A DNA stretch of 33,175 nucleotides from IMG/VR virus record IMGVR_UViG_3300032373_000627, positions 1-33,175 of that record. One strand, given 5' to 3'. Position 1 is the first letter of the stretch. Every line of letters starts with the position of its first letter. Positions 1 through 8,955 of the stretch are shown in pieces. The position numbers and the translations under genes were made by a program. The stretch comes from a virus. Taxonomy: Duplodnaviria > Caudoviricetes. A model generated the notes under the pieces. The model was given only the letters and a program-made list of their open reading frames with translations, was not told the origin of the DNA and made no database searches.

Positions 1-31
1 GGCGGCCGCGCACACAATCAGAGGTATTTTT

Positions 32-289
32 TTGAGACCTGAGGACACAGCAACACCGAAACCGGGCGATGTCATCCAGCTAGACCCAGCCATACATACG
101 CACCATGGGGGCTTCTGGGCCGGGCAATTTGCCGTCGTTACAGAGGTCACCTCGTGGGGGGTGAAATGCGGTGTGCACGTGCCTAAGGGGGTTGTATACT
201 ACCGAGCGGAAAACGGAACGTTTGCGGTCATTGGCCCGGCAATATGGCTACCAACAACGGACGTCGTTGAGGATTGGAATCAACCATGA
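32..289 (+). CDS. hypothetical phage protein
   Basis: 85-aa ORF; GAGG 7 nt upstream of TTG; stop overlaps next start (ATGA at 286-289); frame is also open to the window edge. Confidence 0.6.
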   Translation: MRPEDTATPKPGDVIQLDPAIHTHHGGFWAGQFAVVTEVTSWGVKCGVHVPKGVVYYRAENGTFAVIGPAIWLPTTDVVEDWNQP

Positions 290-501
290 AACACGAGCCC
301 CAGGCCCCGCCCCTATGGGCCACGTTCACGATGCGAACCAACGCGGCCCGAACCGCCTGTGTCTTCTTTGCTGACGTTGCCGCCGTTTTGGACGACGGGC
401 CCGAAGGCTGCACGCTCGCGGTCGCTGCCCGGCAATTGCAGGTATACGAGCCCTACGCCGAAACCGTAGAAGCCTGGCTAGCGGCTAGGGCGTGGCAATG
501 A
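286..501 (+). CDS. hypothetical phage protein
   Basis: ATGA-coupled to both neighbours (286-289 and 498-501); start refined from 274 to ATG 286. Confidence 0.65.
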   Translation: MKHEPQAPPLWATFTMRTNAARTACVFFADVAAVLDDGPEGCTLAVAARQLQVYEPYAETVEAWLAARAWQ

Positions 502-710
502 CGCGGGACGAAATTACCGACCGGGAAGCGCGACGGGCGGTAGCCGAATTGGTCGATGAGACGGACCGGCTAGGGCTGGACGTCTGGACCGATGACATGA
601 GCGACGACGAGATCAACGCAGCGTTGCGGGCCGCGGGCATCGACCCTGCTACCGTCGTCCGTCGCATCCTGGACCGCGTAGAAGCCGCGCTAGAGTCGGG
701 CGATGGATAG
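498..710 (+). CDS. small acidic hypothetical protein
   Basis: ATGA overlap with upstream ORF; helical acidic composition; overlaps start of next ORF. Confidence 0.65.
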   Translation: MTRDEITDREARRAVAELVDETDRLGLDVWTDDMSDDEINAALRAAGIDPATVVRRILDRVEAALESGDG

Positions 711-1101
711 CCCGGTGCTGTTCCACCTGACGTGCGGGCATGGCCGGAAGGGTATCGGGCGGAGCGGTGGGATCCTTCCGGGACGGCCGCACCCGTGGGG
801 CATCTTTCCGGGGCTCGTGTGGATGACAACCGACCCCGATGCAGGGGCCGAAGCGCTGGGCTTGACGTCCGAGATCTTGCCGTGCGTTCGGACGCGGTTT
901 GTCTACCGGGTTGCCGCAACCGCTGCGGGTCCGGTCCCCTGGGTAGGCAGCCCCTACCGGACCCGCGAAGCTATCGAAGCACTAGAAGGTCCCGAGCAGC
1001 GGCCCGCGCTCTGGTGGGTGTCGCCCCATTCCGTGCGCGGGCGTCTAGTGCGTGTCCGTGCAGCGGCGGACCCCTACACGAGCGAAGCCCCACCGGACTA
1101 G
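703..1101 (+). CDS. hypothetical protein, possible ADP-ribosyltransferase-like fold
   Basis: N-terminal LFHLT...I...GGILP...VWMTTDP pattern resembles the first two strands of ART-fold proteins; coupled to upstream ORF. Confidence 0.55.
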   Translation: MDSPVLFHLTCGHGRKGIGRSGGILPGRPHPWGIFPGLVWMTTDPDAGAEALGLTSEILPCVRTRFVYRVAATAAGPVPWVGSPYRTREAIEALEGPEQRPALWWVSPHSVRGRLVRVRAAADPYTSEAPPD

Positions 1102-1114
1102 CCGGCGGGGCTTC
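1084..1114. terminator. hairpin at convergence of plus and minus gene runs
   Basis: GAAGCCCC-a-CCGG/actag/CCGG-c-GGGGCTTC at the junction of converging ORFs (stops at 1101 and 1134); no U-tract. Confidence 0.45.
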
Positions 1115-1133
1115 TAGGGGTGTCTGGGGCCGT

Positions 1134-1262
1134 TTACGGGCTGGCTTCGGCGCCCTGGGGCGGGACCTTCGGCCCGTACGTCGTGGTTAGCACGCCCATG
1201 CACAAGGCCATGCACACGAGGACTAGAACGAAAACGGCGCCTTTAACTAGCTTATCTTCCAT
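1134..1262 (-). CDS. small membrane protein (42 aa)
   Basis: MEDKLVKGAVFVLVLVCMALCMGVL... single hydrophobic helix; AAGGA upstream of ATG 1262. Confidence 0.55.
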   Translation of the reverse strand: MEDKLVKGAVFVLVLVCMALCMGVLTTTYGPKVPPQGAEASP

Positions 1263-1284
1263 GTTTGATTCCTTTAGGTCGTGG

Positions 1285-1566
1285 TTATGCGACGGTCCGT
1301 CCGCAACGAATGCAGTGCTCGCGGCCGCTGTCGTCTTCGGCAATGGTTGGGAGCTTGCAACAGGGCTCCCCGGTGCCCTTCCCCGCGACGGCGGAGCCCA
1401 AGCGGAGCAGACGCCGGAAGACAGCCGCGCGCGTTTCGCCGTCTTCCCGCAGCCCGTCAACCTGGGCCAGCTCGTCAACCGTAAGCGCTACGCCGACTTG
1501 CTTGGTGCGTGTGGGGCCGCTCGACTTGGGGCGCCCGGCGCCCTTCCTGGTTCCGCCGCGGGCCAT
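1285..1566 (-). CDS. ribbon-helix-helix DNA-binding protein with N-terminal GRP (AT-hook-like) motif and C-terminal Cys cluster
   Basis: RGGTRKGAGRPK then KQVGVALTVDELAQVD...TRAAVFRRLL; CC...CIRC; TAATG coupling to upstream ORF. Confidence 0.7.
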   Translation of the reverse strand: MARGGTRKGAGRPKSSGPTRTKQVGVALTVDELAQVDGLREDGETRAAVFRRLLRLGSAVAGKGTGEPCCKLPTIAEDDSGREHCIRCGRTVA

Positions 1567-1934
1567 TAGCAAAGCCCCAGGAACGCGGCGTATTCCGTAG
1601 GCTCGGGCTCGGTCGTCGCGGCGCGGTAGTCGCGCTTAGCGGTCTGGAATTCGGCCGTAAGCCGGTCCGCAATTTCCTGACGGTCCAGCGCACGGGCCAC
1701 ACGGTAGCGGCGCCGGTTGCCCAGCCGGAAATCGGTAAACTCCCATTCATGGTGTAGGTCGGATTTCGCTTCGCGAGCCATTGCGCGGGCATTGAACGCA
1801 GCAAGTTGCAAAGCCTTAAGGGCGCGGCCGTCCGTCAGATCTGCAAGGTCCGGCGAATCGAACATGGATTCGCCATCAACACAAAGGTGCCAAACGTCGT
1901 CGATCTGGACAATGGATAGGGCGGTGCTGGTCAT
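1566..1934 (-). CDS. hypothetical phage protein
   Basis: 122-aa ORF with AAGGAG RBS and an upstream AT-rich promoter-like element. Confidence 0.75.
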   Translation of the reverse strand: MTSTALSIVQIDDVWHLCVDGESMFDSPDLADLTDGRALKALQLAAFNARAMAREAKSDLHHEWEFTDFRLGNRRRYRVARALDRQEIADRLTAEFQTAKRDYRAATTEPEPTEYAAFLGLC

Positions 1935-1973
1935 GTCGGCTCCTTGCTGGGCGACGGTGCGTCCGTCTGATTC

Positions 1974-2003
1974 TTTATATAATCAATCAAACGACGGCGT
2001 AAA
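1974..2003 (-). promoter_or_regulatory. sigma70-like promoter
   Basis: TTTACG-18 nt-TATAAA in an AT-rich island upstream of the ORF starting at 1934. Confidence 0.5.
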
Positions 2004-2031
2004 GCCCCCTACTGAAAAAACCTAGAAATAA

Positions 2032-2280
2032 CTAGAGCAGGAAATCGCCGATCGTGACTGTGCCGCGAATCCGCGCGGCGTCGTTCGCGGTGTCGGGCAA
2101 TAGATCGACGTCGCGTCCTGCGGATGGGGGGCGCCCATTGGACCGAAAATCCGGCCCACGGTTGGACGGTCGACGGGCGCGCGCGTTTAGCGCGGCGTCC
2201 GGTAGGTGGGCTTCGTTCTCGTGCGTCAAGGCAACTTGCGACCGCCCGTCATCGCTGGTCCAGATAGCAGCGCGAAACAT
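2032..2280 (-). CDS. hypothetical protein
   Basis: MFRAAIWTSDDGRSQVALT...; AGGGGG upstream of ATG 2280. Confidence 0.55.
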   Translation of the reverse strand: MFRAAIWTSDDGRSQVALTHENEAHLPDAALNARARRPSNRGPDFRSNGRPPSAGRDVDLLPDTANDAARIRGTVTIGDFLL

Positions 2281-2475
2281 AGACCCCCCTTCTGGTGATA
2301 GCCCCGCCCGGGGTCGAACCGGGACGCCCGTAGGCACCGGTTCCTAAAACCGGCGCGTCTTCCATTCCGCCACGAGGCTAGGGCCCAAGCATAGCCCGTA
2401 AGCGAGCCCCGCTGAGGGGATGGGCGAAGCGCGCTTAGGTGGGTCCGCACGAACGGCGACCGCGGGGAATCCTGA

Positions 2476-2616
2476 TCATACCCCGCGCGCGGCGTAGCGG
2501 GTTGCTAGGGCTTCGCGTACCGCGTCGTCCATATGGAACGTCGCGAAGCTTTCCCCGCGGCTGTAGCGGCGCCATAGGTCGTAAGCGCTAGAGCCCGTCC
2601 GTATGTCCGCGAGCAT
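2476..2616 (-). CDS. small hypothetical protein
   Basis: MLADIRTGSSAYDLWRRY... C-terminal half of track ORF 2476-2748; start uncertain. Confidence 0.35.
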   Translation of the reverse strand: MLADIRTGSSAYDLWRRYSRGESFATFHMDDAVREALATRYAARGV

Positions 2617-2744
2617 AGCGGCAACCCGTGCGGAATGCGGTCCAGCGTCCGACCCCGTGCCAGGCGCGGGCGTGCCGGTAGGCATCGATGAATCGAGCAA
2701 GCCACGGAAGCGCGCTTCTAAGGATTGGTAGAATCGGCGCCTCC

Positions 2745-3626
2745 TCAAGTGACACCGCCTGACGCCGTTGGGTATGCGGGAGGGAGGGCAACGAATGCGG
2801 GGACCACCACGTTGGACGTATCTAGGTAATCGCCGCTATCGTCTACGGTGGTCCCATCGGGCACGTTAGCGGCGCTGTCGAAGATGACGTCCGGATCACC
2901 TTCCGACCACGATAGATCGCCCGCGGCCGCGGCCGCCCATTCGGCCGGCGTAGGGAGCCGACCGATGTAGACAAGGCGCGCGCCTTCGTATGTAATGCCG
3001 TCATCGCCCGAATTCGAGGACGCGCTAGACCGCCGCCCCATAGCCATAGGGGTGTCACACAAGCCCGGTCCGTGTTGGATACTGTCGAAGGACCAATCGG
3101 TGCCAGCAATCATATCCCCCTGTCCAACCCGCTTATCTTGCGTGCTTGGCAGTGATCCGTCCGCAGCGCTAAGCCCCCAATACAGGCGGGGCCCATGCGC
3201 TCTCACGTCCCCCACCGTGTGGAACAGTGACGCGCCGCTTCCCGTAGAACGCCGGACGGCAAATTCTAGGACGGTCCCGGCGTTTGTTACCCGGAAGGTG
3301 CACCCACGACGGGCGGCCGACGAACCGATCCCGTCCGCTAGCCAGCCGCGCCCCAGGACCGGCGCGAAAATGCCGGTGATATTACCGTACCAAAGGACGC
3401 AGATAACGTCAGGAATCACGTAGATGCCTGGCGCCATTTCTACGCACGTCCCCCCATTCGCCGGAAGGACGGTCTGCGTTAGGCCGCGCACGTTCACGGG
3501 CGGAGCCGTCGCAGGGACCCGCACCGTTGCCCGGATCGTGCGGTTTGCTGGGGATGCTTCGATAGGGGCGCTGCCTATGGTGGCAACGATTGCAGCGCGG
3601 GAAACGATGGCTACGATATCTGCCAT
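2745..3626 (-). CDS. hypothetical beta-rich protein, possible virion/receptor-binding (LamG-like) protein
   Basis: 293 aa, TAATG-coupled to upstream gene; Gly/Ser/Thr-rich; C-terminal MAMGRR...ITYEG.RLVYIGRLPTPAEW resembles the end of LamG/concanavalin domains. Confidence 0.55.
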   Translation of the reverse strand: MADIVAIVSRAAIVATIGSAPIEASPANRTIRATVRVPATAPPVNVRGLTQTVLPANGGTCVEMAPGIYVIPDVICVLWYGNITGIFAPVLGRGWLADGIGSSAARRGCTFRVTNAGTVLEFAVRRSTGSGASLFHTVGDVRAHGPRLYWGLSAADGSLPSTQDKRVGQGDMIAGTDWSFDSIQHGPGLCDTPMAMGRRSSASSNSGDDGITYEGARLVYIGRLPTPAEWAAAAAGDLSWSEGDPDVIFDSAANVPDGTTVDDSGDYLDTSNVVVPAFVALPPAYPTASGGVT

Positions 3627-3973
3627 TACCGGGTAACCTCGGGAGTAATCAGGGCCGCACCCTCGATGACGCGCGTAACGTTTCCGAGCCCGTCAATCAT
3701 TTCGAAGTCATAGACGGCGCTACCGGGCGTAAGCGCGGCAGTCACTGTGTCGGCAATGTTGACCGTAAACATGCCGTCAGCACCGCCCACGTCGATATCG
3801 GCGGGGCTTAGCAAATCGATAAGGGTGTTTGCGCTGCCATGGGTGGCGCGCACTTGCATACGGGCCGAATAGCCGGATACGTCGATCGGCGTTTCGGTGC
3901 TATCTTGCGCGATAATCGCCTGAACAAACGTGGTCCCTTGCTCGATCGTAAGGTCTACATTCTTTGCTGGCAC
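3626..3973 (-). CDS. BppU-like / baseplate-type beta-sandwich virion protein
   Basis: DLTIEQGTTF...PIDVSGYSARMQVR...YDFEMID...RVIEG..ITPEVTR is a recurrent phage structural-domain pattern; GGGGGA upstream of GTG 3973. Confidence 0.7.
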   Translation of the reverse strand: MPAKNVDLTIEQGTTFVQAIIAQDSTETPIDVSGYSARMQVRATHGSANTLIDLLSPADIDVGGADGMFTVNIADTVTAALTPGSAVYDFEMIDGLGNVTRVIEGAALITPEVTR

Positions 3974-3986
3974 AATTCCCCCTGGC

Positions 3987-5360
3987 CTATTCGAAGCGTA
4001 AGCGGGCGTAGCTGGCTTGCGCCCCGACGGCCGCCGTAAGGATATACCGGAAAGCGTCGGCAATGTGCGATAGCTTCCCGTCGGTTCCGTGCTTCCCCCC
4101 TTTCCAATGGCGGAGCGTCGCGGCTAGGTGCACGCACCTAGGGTGCACCTTAATGTCTCCCCGTCGGCCGCCGTAATTGACGCACCGCAGCCCCCAATCT
4201 ACAGACCCCGGGGATTTGTCCGGCGCTTGGATGACGAAGGGCGGGGTACGCCGGTTGCACTGGCTAGCGAAAGCCGCCTCTAAAGCCTCGTTAATCCGCC
4301 ACCCACCATACCCCTTCGACGTGTTCATATCGCCGATAGCGAGGTCTACAGACGCCGGCTCAATGCGGTGTCGTGACAACATGCGCAGGATCGCTAGTGC
4401 GTCTTCCTCCGGAGACGTCGAATAGGGGTTAACGTATTCGTCCATAACGTGGATTCGCCCGCCGCTATACGCAACCAGAACGGCCGCTTGATGCCCGGCT
4501 ACCTCGCCGTGGTCGATGCCGATCCCCACCTTTACAGACCCCGGCGGAGGGGCCGCCGTAAAGGTCTCTTCGTTGATCCCAACGAAGATCCGTTCTAGCG
4601 TGACGCCGTCCCATTTCGCTTCGATCCGTTGGCCCCATTCCCATGGGGATGTCCGCATTACGTCTAGCCAGCCGTCTACTTGGTCTTCGGTGTACCAGGG
4701 GCAAGCGTCGCGGCTAAAGCGGGCAACGATCTGTAGCCAGCCCGAGCCGTGCCGCGTACGCCCGGCTTCGGGGTCTGGTTCTTCCCCCTGGACCATGTCC
4801 CGAAGCCACTGGACCGGGCGGTTAACCATGGTCGCGGCCACAATCATTTGCCCCGCCGTATCGACCAACCGCGCGGCGTTTTCCGTAAAGTGTGCCAGCG
4901 TCGGGGGTTCGTCAAACGCGACGATATGACAGGACCGGCCAGAATGGGCGTCGGGGTCATCCCGTAGGCTTCGCAACTCGCAGATAGACCCGTTGGCTAG
5001 AACGATGGTTCGCGAGCGCCCGCCGTTCCAGCCCCGCCCTTCCGAGTAATAGCTATTGGTTGCGAGGTAGGGCCCTAGAAACTCGCTTAGGTATTTGCCT
5101 AAGACGTTGTGAATATGGTCATTGGTCGGGCCAATGACGCGCGCCCGTAGGCCGGGCTCGCGGACCATTCTTTGCGAAACGAGCCAAGCAACGTGCCGGG
5201 TTTTGCCTACTCGGTTCGCGGCTCGGATCAGAATCCGGCTCGCGGTTTCGTCCGGTAGACTCTCGAATATGGGCGACGGCTGGAAGGTAAGTAGGTGGTG
5301 CCGCGCCGCTAGGTCCCGGATTGTGTCCAGCGCGGCCGCGGCCCTAGCATCTAGGCGCAC
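3987..5360 (-). CDS. terL: terminase large subunit
   Basis: Walker A-like AANRVGKT, Walker B IVAFDE, nuclease GIGIDHG and terminal HIADAFRY. Confidence 0.92.
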   Translation of the reverse strand: MRLDARAAAALDTIRDLAARHHLLTFQPSPIFESLPDETASRILIRAANRVGKTRHVAWLVSQRMVREPGLRARVIGPTNDHIHNVLGKYLSEFLGPYLATNSYYSEGRGWNGGRSRTIVLANGSICELRSLRDDPDAHSGRSCHIVAFDEPPTLAHFTENAARLVDTAGQMIVAATMVNRPVQWLRDMVQGEEPDPEAGRTRHGSGWLQIVARFSRDACPWYTEDQVDGWLDVMRTSPWEWGQRIEAKWDGVTLERIFVGINEETFTAAPPPGSVKVGIGIDHGEVAGHQAAVLVAYSGGRIHVMDEYVNPYSTSPEEDALAILRMLSRHRIEPASVDLAIGDMNTSKGYGGWRINEALEAAFASQCNRRTPPFVIQAPDKSPGSVDWGLRCVNYGGRRGDIKVHPRCVHLAATLRHWKGGKHGTDGKLSHIADAFRYILTAAVGAQASYARLRFE

Positions 5361-5662
5361 TTCTTTACCCGTGCCCTAAGCTTCGGGTGCCGGAAGACCG
5401 TATCAGGCATTTTAAGCACCGTAGCAACGACGTCGTCTAGGTCGTTCGGGTCGAAGTCAGCGTCCGCGGCTTCGCGTAGGGCGTCGATCTCGTCGCGGAT
5501 TTTCATAGCCAATCGGCGCGCGGCTACGACGGCTTGCCAACTGCCACTATCTGACATGCGCGCTATGGATTCGTGCAGTAGAAGAAGCTCGGTTCTTAGG
5601 TAGTCTTCCTTAGATACGTCCGCAGGATGAGGGGCCGGCTCGCGCGCTTTACTTCGTGGCAT
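5351..5662 (-). CDS. putative terminase small subunit
   Basis: 103-aa helical ORF overlapping the terL start; GAGG RBS; call is positional. Confidence 0.6.
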   Translation of the reverse strand: MPRSKAREPAPHPADVSKEDYLRTELLLLHESIARMSDSGSWQAVVAARRLAMKIRDEIDALREAADADFDPNDLDDVVATVLKMPDTVFRHPKLRARVKKCA

Positions 5663-5719
5663 TTGCTACCTCTAGGGTCGGACTACTTATATACTCGCTT
5701 GTGACGGTGGGAATAGAAT

Positions 5720-7246
5720 ATGCCTAGTGCCCTAGCCCTACATGATGGATCCGCCGGGTTGCTTTCCGGCCCACCAGCACCGACAACGGAAACCGGCATT
5801 CGATGGAAAGAAGCCGCGCGGCGTCGTCGCTTGCTAGAAGGTCTATGGAAGGTAGACCTAAAAGAAGCGCTCGCCCGTGAATTCGACCCGCGACGGCGCC
5901 GGGCACAGGGGCCCCCCGACCTATCTAAAAACCTGTTCCGAAGTCTGATTACACAACTCGCGGTCCTGTATGACCGTCCGCCCGTAATCGAACACGTCGA
6001 CGCTACCGCGGTCGAAGCCATGGAAGCGATCTGCACGAACGGCGGATTGTGGCAAATTGCCGTTACCATGCAGCAAATGACGCTAGGCATACGAGAAGGG
6101 TTTTACCGCTTCGACGTCCCCCCTGGGGAGGACCCTAAGCTATTGGTCCGCATCATTCCGGCGGATTTGCTTTGGCTAGACGCCCCGCCGGATTGTCCCG
6201 ATCAACCCAACGTAATGCACGAATACAGGTTGCGAGAGGATAGCGAGGGGCGCAAGCGCTGGACCCGCGACGTGATCGACGTGTCAGACCCCGGCGCGCC
6301 GTTCTATCGCGTGGAATCGGCAGACGGAAAGGTGGACCTATCCGATGCTTTTATCGGCAATCTAAGCGGAGATGCGTACCCCTACCGGAAGACGGACGGG
6401 ACGCCGATCCTACCGGGGTCGCTTTACCATGCGACACGGACCGGGAACCTATGGGACCCCTTCCGCGGCATTGAACTAGTGGACGGAACGCTAGTCGTCG
6501 CGGGTCTTTGGACGCAATGGCGACACCTAGTCCGCGATGCCTCGTGGCCCCAACGTTGGGCGATTAACGCCGTGGTCGACGGGCTAGACGTAAACAAAGA
6601 CGGGTCCGCCACGGTGGTAACGGACCCAGCGTCTTTGCTAAACTTCCGGCCGAAGATCCCCGGTTCGTCCGCGGCCGTCGGACAGTTTGCACCGGGCGGG
6701 GACCCGCAAGCGCTAGGGGACGCTATCCGCGATTACGCAGCCGACCTAGCGGCCGACTTCGATCTATCCCCGGGCGATATCAAGCGGACCCATACCGACC
6801 CGCGGTCCGGATTCGCGATCGAAATCGAACGGTCCGGCCAACGCTCCGCGCAACGGCGCTCAGAGCCCCAGTTTTCCCGCGGGGACGAAGCCAGCCTAAG
6901 CGTGATTGCGACCCTATGGAATCGCGCAACGGGTAGCACCCTGCCAGAAGACGGCTGGGGCATTCGATACCTAGGGCTTCCGTTGTCCGCGGAAGAACGA
7001 CGCTTGGTGATGGAAGACCATAAGATGCGGGCCGAAATGGGCATTACGTCGAAGCCGGCCCTACTCGCTGCGGTTGAGGGGATCACCCTAGACCAAGCGC
7101 GGCGCCAGCTAGTGCAATTCCAGCTAGACAACGACCGTTTTGAAGAACGCGCCGCGCCCGCGCCCGCGCCGAACGCGGCCCGAAATGCCCCCGAAGACGA
7201 CGACGAAGACGACCAACAGCCGACCCCGGAAAATACCAATGTCTGA
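5720..7246 (+). CDS. portal protein
   Basis: 508 aa; first gene of head operon; SPP1-portal-like NLFRSLITQLAVLYDRPP segment; acidic C-terminal tail. Confidence 0.8.
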   Translation: MPSALALHDGSAGLLSGPPAPTTETGIRWKEAARRRRLLEGLWKVDLKEALAREFDPRRRRAQGPPDLSKNLFRSLITQLAVLYDRPPVIEHVDATAVEAMEAICTNGGLWQIAVTMQQMTLGIREGFYRFDVPPGEDPKLLVRIIPADLLWLDAPPDCPDQPNVMHEYRLREDSEGRKRWTRDVIDVSDPGAPFYRVESADGKVDLSDAFIGNLSGDAYPYRKTDGTPILPGSLYHATRTGNLWDPFRGIELVDGTLVVAGLWTQWRHLVRDASWPQRWAINAVVDGLDVNKDGSATVVTDPASLLNFRPKIPGSSAAVGQFAPGGDPQALGDAIRDYAADLAADFDLSPGDIKRTHTDPRSGFAIEIERSGQRSAQRRSEPQFSRGDEASLSVIATLWNRATGSTLPEDGWGIRYLGLPLSAEERRLVMEDHKMRAEMGITSKPALLAAVEGITLDQARRQLVQFQLDNDRFEERAAPAPAPNAARNAPEDDDEDDQQPTPENTNV

Positions 7247-7898
7247 TGAGCACGACACGCCCGATACCGTCCTTAAGACCGAGCATTTGCGCCGCATGGC
7301 AGCGAAGCAAAGCAAGGTCGAATCGTTGGAGGCGGAGCTTAGGGATATCCGCGAGCAACTAGCGAGCGTCCCGGATCCGGGGAAGTCCGCGAAGCGGCTG
7401 GAAAAGGCGGAAGCGGAGCGCGACCGTATCCGGCAGGAATTCGACTCGTTCAAATCGGAAAGCGAGACGCGTTCCGCGATTCTCGCGGCCGGCATTACGG
7501 ACCCCGAAGACATCGCGCTCGTTCGTTGGCGCCACGAACGGATCCCGGAAGACAAGCGGCCGGACCTATCGGCGTGGCTCGGGTCGGAAGCGAAAGAGGA
7601 CCGCCACCTAGCATCGTTGCTGGGCGCGTCTCCCGAGCCGACAGCGGAACCAGCGCCGGAGCCCGACACGTCCGTTAGCGATACGGGACGCCTAACGGCC
7701 GCAGGAGCGCCGCGGGCCAACCTCCCAGGCCGTCGGCCGGCTAGCGCCCTGCCGCGCGCTAACGCGGGCGTCAAGCCGTCCAGCGCCCCGCCGAAAGAAT
7801 GGTCTATGGAATATGTCCTCGGCATGTCCTACGAAGACCGCGGGAAGCCTGAGAACCGCCAGCGCGTAATGGCAGCCCTACGCGGGGAAGATGCGTAG
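7239..7898 (+). CDS. capsid scaffolding protein
   Basis: Charged coiled-coil N-half, Pro/Ala linker, located between portal and capsid; start refined to ATG 7239. Confidence 0.7.
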   Translation: MSDEHDTPDTVLKTEHLRRMAAKQSKVESLEAELRDIREQLASVPDPGKSAKRLEKAEAERDRIRQEFDSFKSESETRSAILAAGITDPEDIALVRWRHERIPEDKRPDLSAWLGSEAKEDRHLASLLGASPEPTAEPAPEPDTSVSDTGRLTAAGAPRANLPGRRPASALPRANAGVKPSSAPPKEWSMEYVLGMSYEDRGKPENRQRVMAALRGEDA

Positions 7899-7908
7899 AC
7901 GGTAGGGC

Positions 7909-7937
7909 TTTACTAGTTTGTCCCGAGATAGTAAATA
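7909..7937 (+). promoter_or_regulatory. putative capsid-gene promoter
   Basis: TTTACT-17 nt-TAAATA with internal inverted repeat TTTACTA/TAGTAAA. Confidence 0.5.
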
Positions 7938-8020
7938 GACAGAAAGACCCACATACTTGGGCGCGACCCCGCGACGTAATCGCGTGTAGCCCGGCAATAG
8001 ACGACCTTACGAGGGTAACA

Positions 8021-8947
8021 ATGCCGATCCTACACGCGAACCTAGAAACTGACTTCCGCCTAGCCGCTCAGCTAGATCAAGCGCTATTCGTGTCCCTTAC
8101 GGACATGGCAAGCATTCGGAACGTCCCCGGCGCCATTGATTTTCACGGCACGGTCAACAACTCGGGCTCTGATACCCACCGGCTTCGCTATGTGTCGCTA
8201 GGTGGAGCAGACCATTTCGTCGCTACCGCGGCGGAAGATACCGACGTAGCCGAAACCGCGCTTACTGATACGAGCGTGGATATTGCCGTTACGCGCTCCG
8301 CTTTGCGCCGTGACATCGGCGACCTAGCTATCGCTACCGGCTACGGCGCAGACATCGACCCGCAGCGCCTAGCCGCGGATATGGTCGCCAGCTACGACGG
8401 CTTTTTTAATGAGACGTTCGCCACGACCGGCGCGACCGCTGCGTCTGACGTTGGTTCGACCGGCGTAGATATGTCGGTCGATGATTACCACGACGCCATT
8501 TACACCCTAGAGCTAGCGTCCGTCCCCGGGCCCTATTTCTGCGTCCTGCACCCTCGCCAGTTTGCCGACTTCCAGGCGTCGCTACGCGCCGAAGGTGGGG
8601 CCGCAATGTTCGCGCCCGCAACCTTCGATATGCTCGGGATTCGTGGCCAGGGCTTCGCCGGGACCTACCTAGGCGTTGAGATCTATAAGATGTCGGACGT
8701 GATCCAGACCGGCGGGGACCGGGAAGGGTTCATGTATGGCGCCGGTACCTTTGGCTACAAAGTCGCCATTGTCGATCAACGTTCGATGCTTGGGTCGGGC
8801 GCTTCGCTGGCGGTCCGTATGGACGAAGTCCTAGTAGAAGTGAACCGCGACACGTCCCGCGCCGTGGTCGAAATCATGGGCAATGCCTGGATGGGTATGG
8901 CTCTGAAAGAGCAAGCTCGAATCGTCGGTATCGTCACGGACGCCTAG
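8021..8947 (+). CDS. major capsid protein (HK97-type fold inferred)
   Basis: 308 aa after scaffold; GAGGG RBS; VLHPRQFADF and GTYLGVEIY motifs typical of capsid proteins. Confidence 0.85.
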   Translation: MPILHANLETDFRLAAQLDQALFVSLTDMASIRNVPGAIDFHGTVNNSGSDTHRLRYVSLGGADHFVATAAEDTDVAETALTDTSVDIAVTRSALRRDIGDLAIATGYGADIDPQRLAADMVASYDGFFNETFATTGATAASDVGSTGVDMSVDDYHDAIYTLELASVPGPYFCVLHPRQFADFQASLRAEGGAAMFAPATFDMLGIRGQGFAGTYLGVEIYKMSDVIQTGGDREGFMYGAGTFGYKVAIVDQRSMLGSGASLAVRMDEVLVEVNRDTSRAVVEIMGNAWMGMALKEQARIVGIVTDA

Positions 8948-8955
8948 CCGTTGTT

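Noticed and set aside
2340-2475. tRNA or other ncRNA (including tRNA-Sec) in this gap
   Set aside because: No cloverleaf or T-loop/D-loop consensus recognised by eye; a tRNAscan-SE/Infernal run would be needed to exclude it fully
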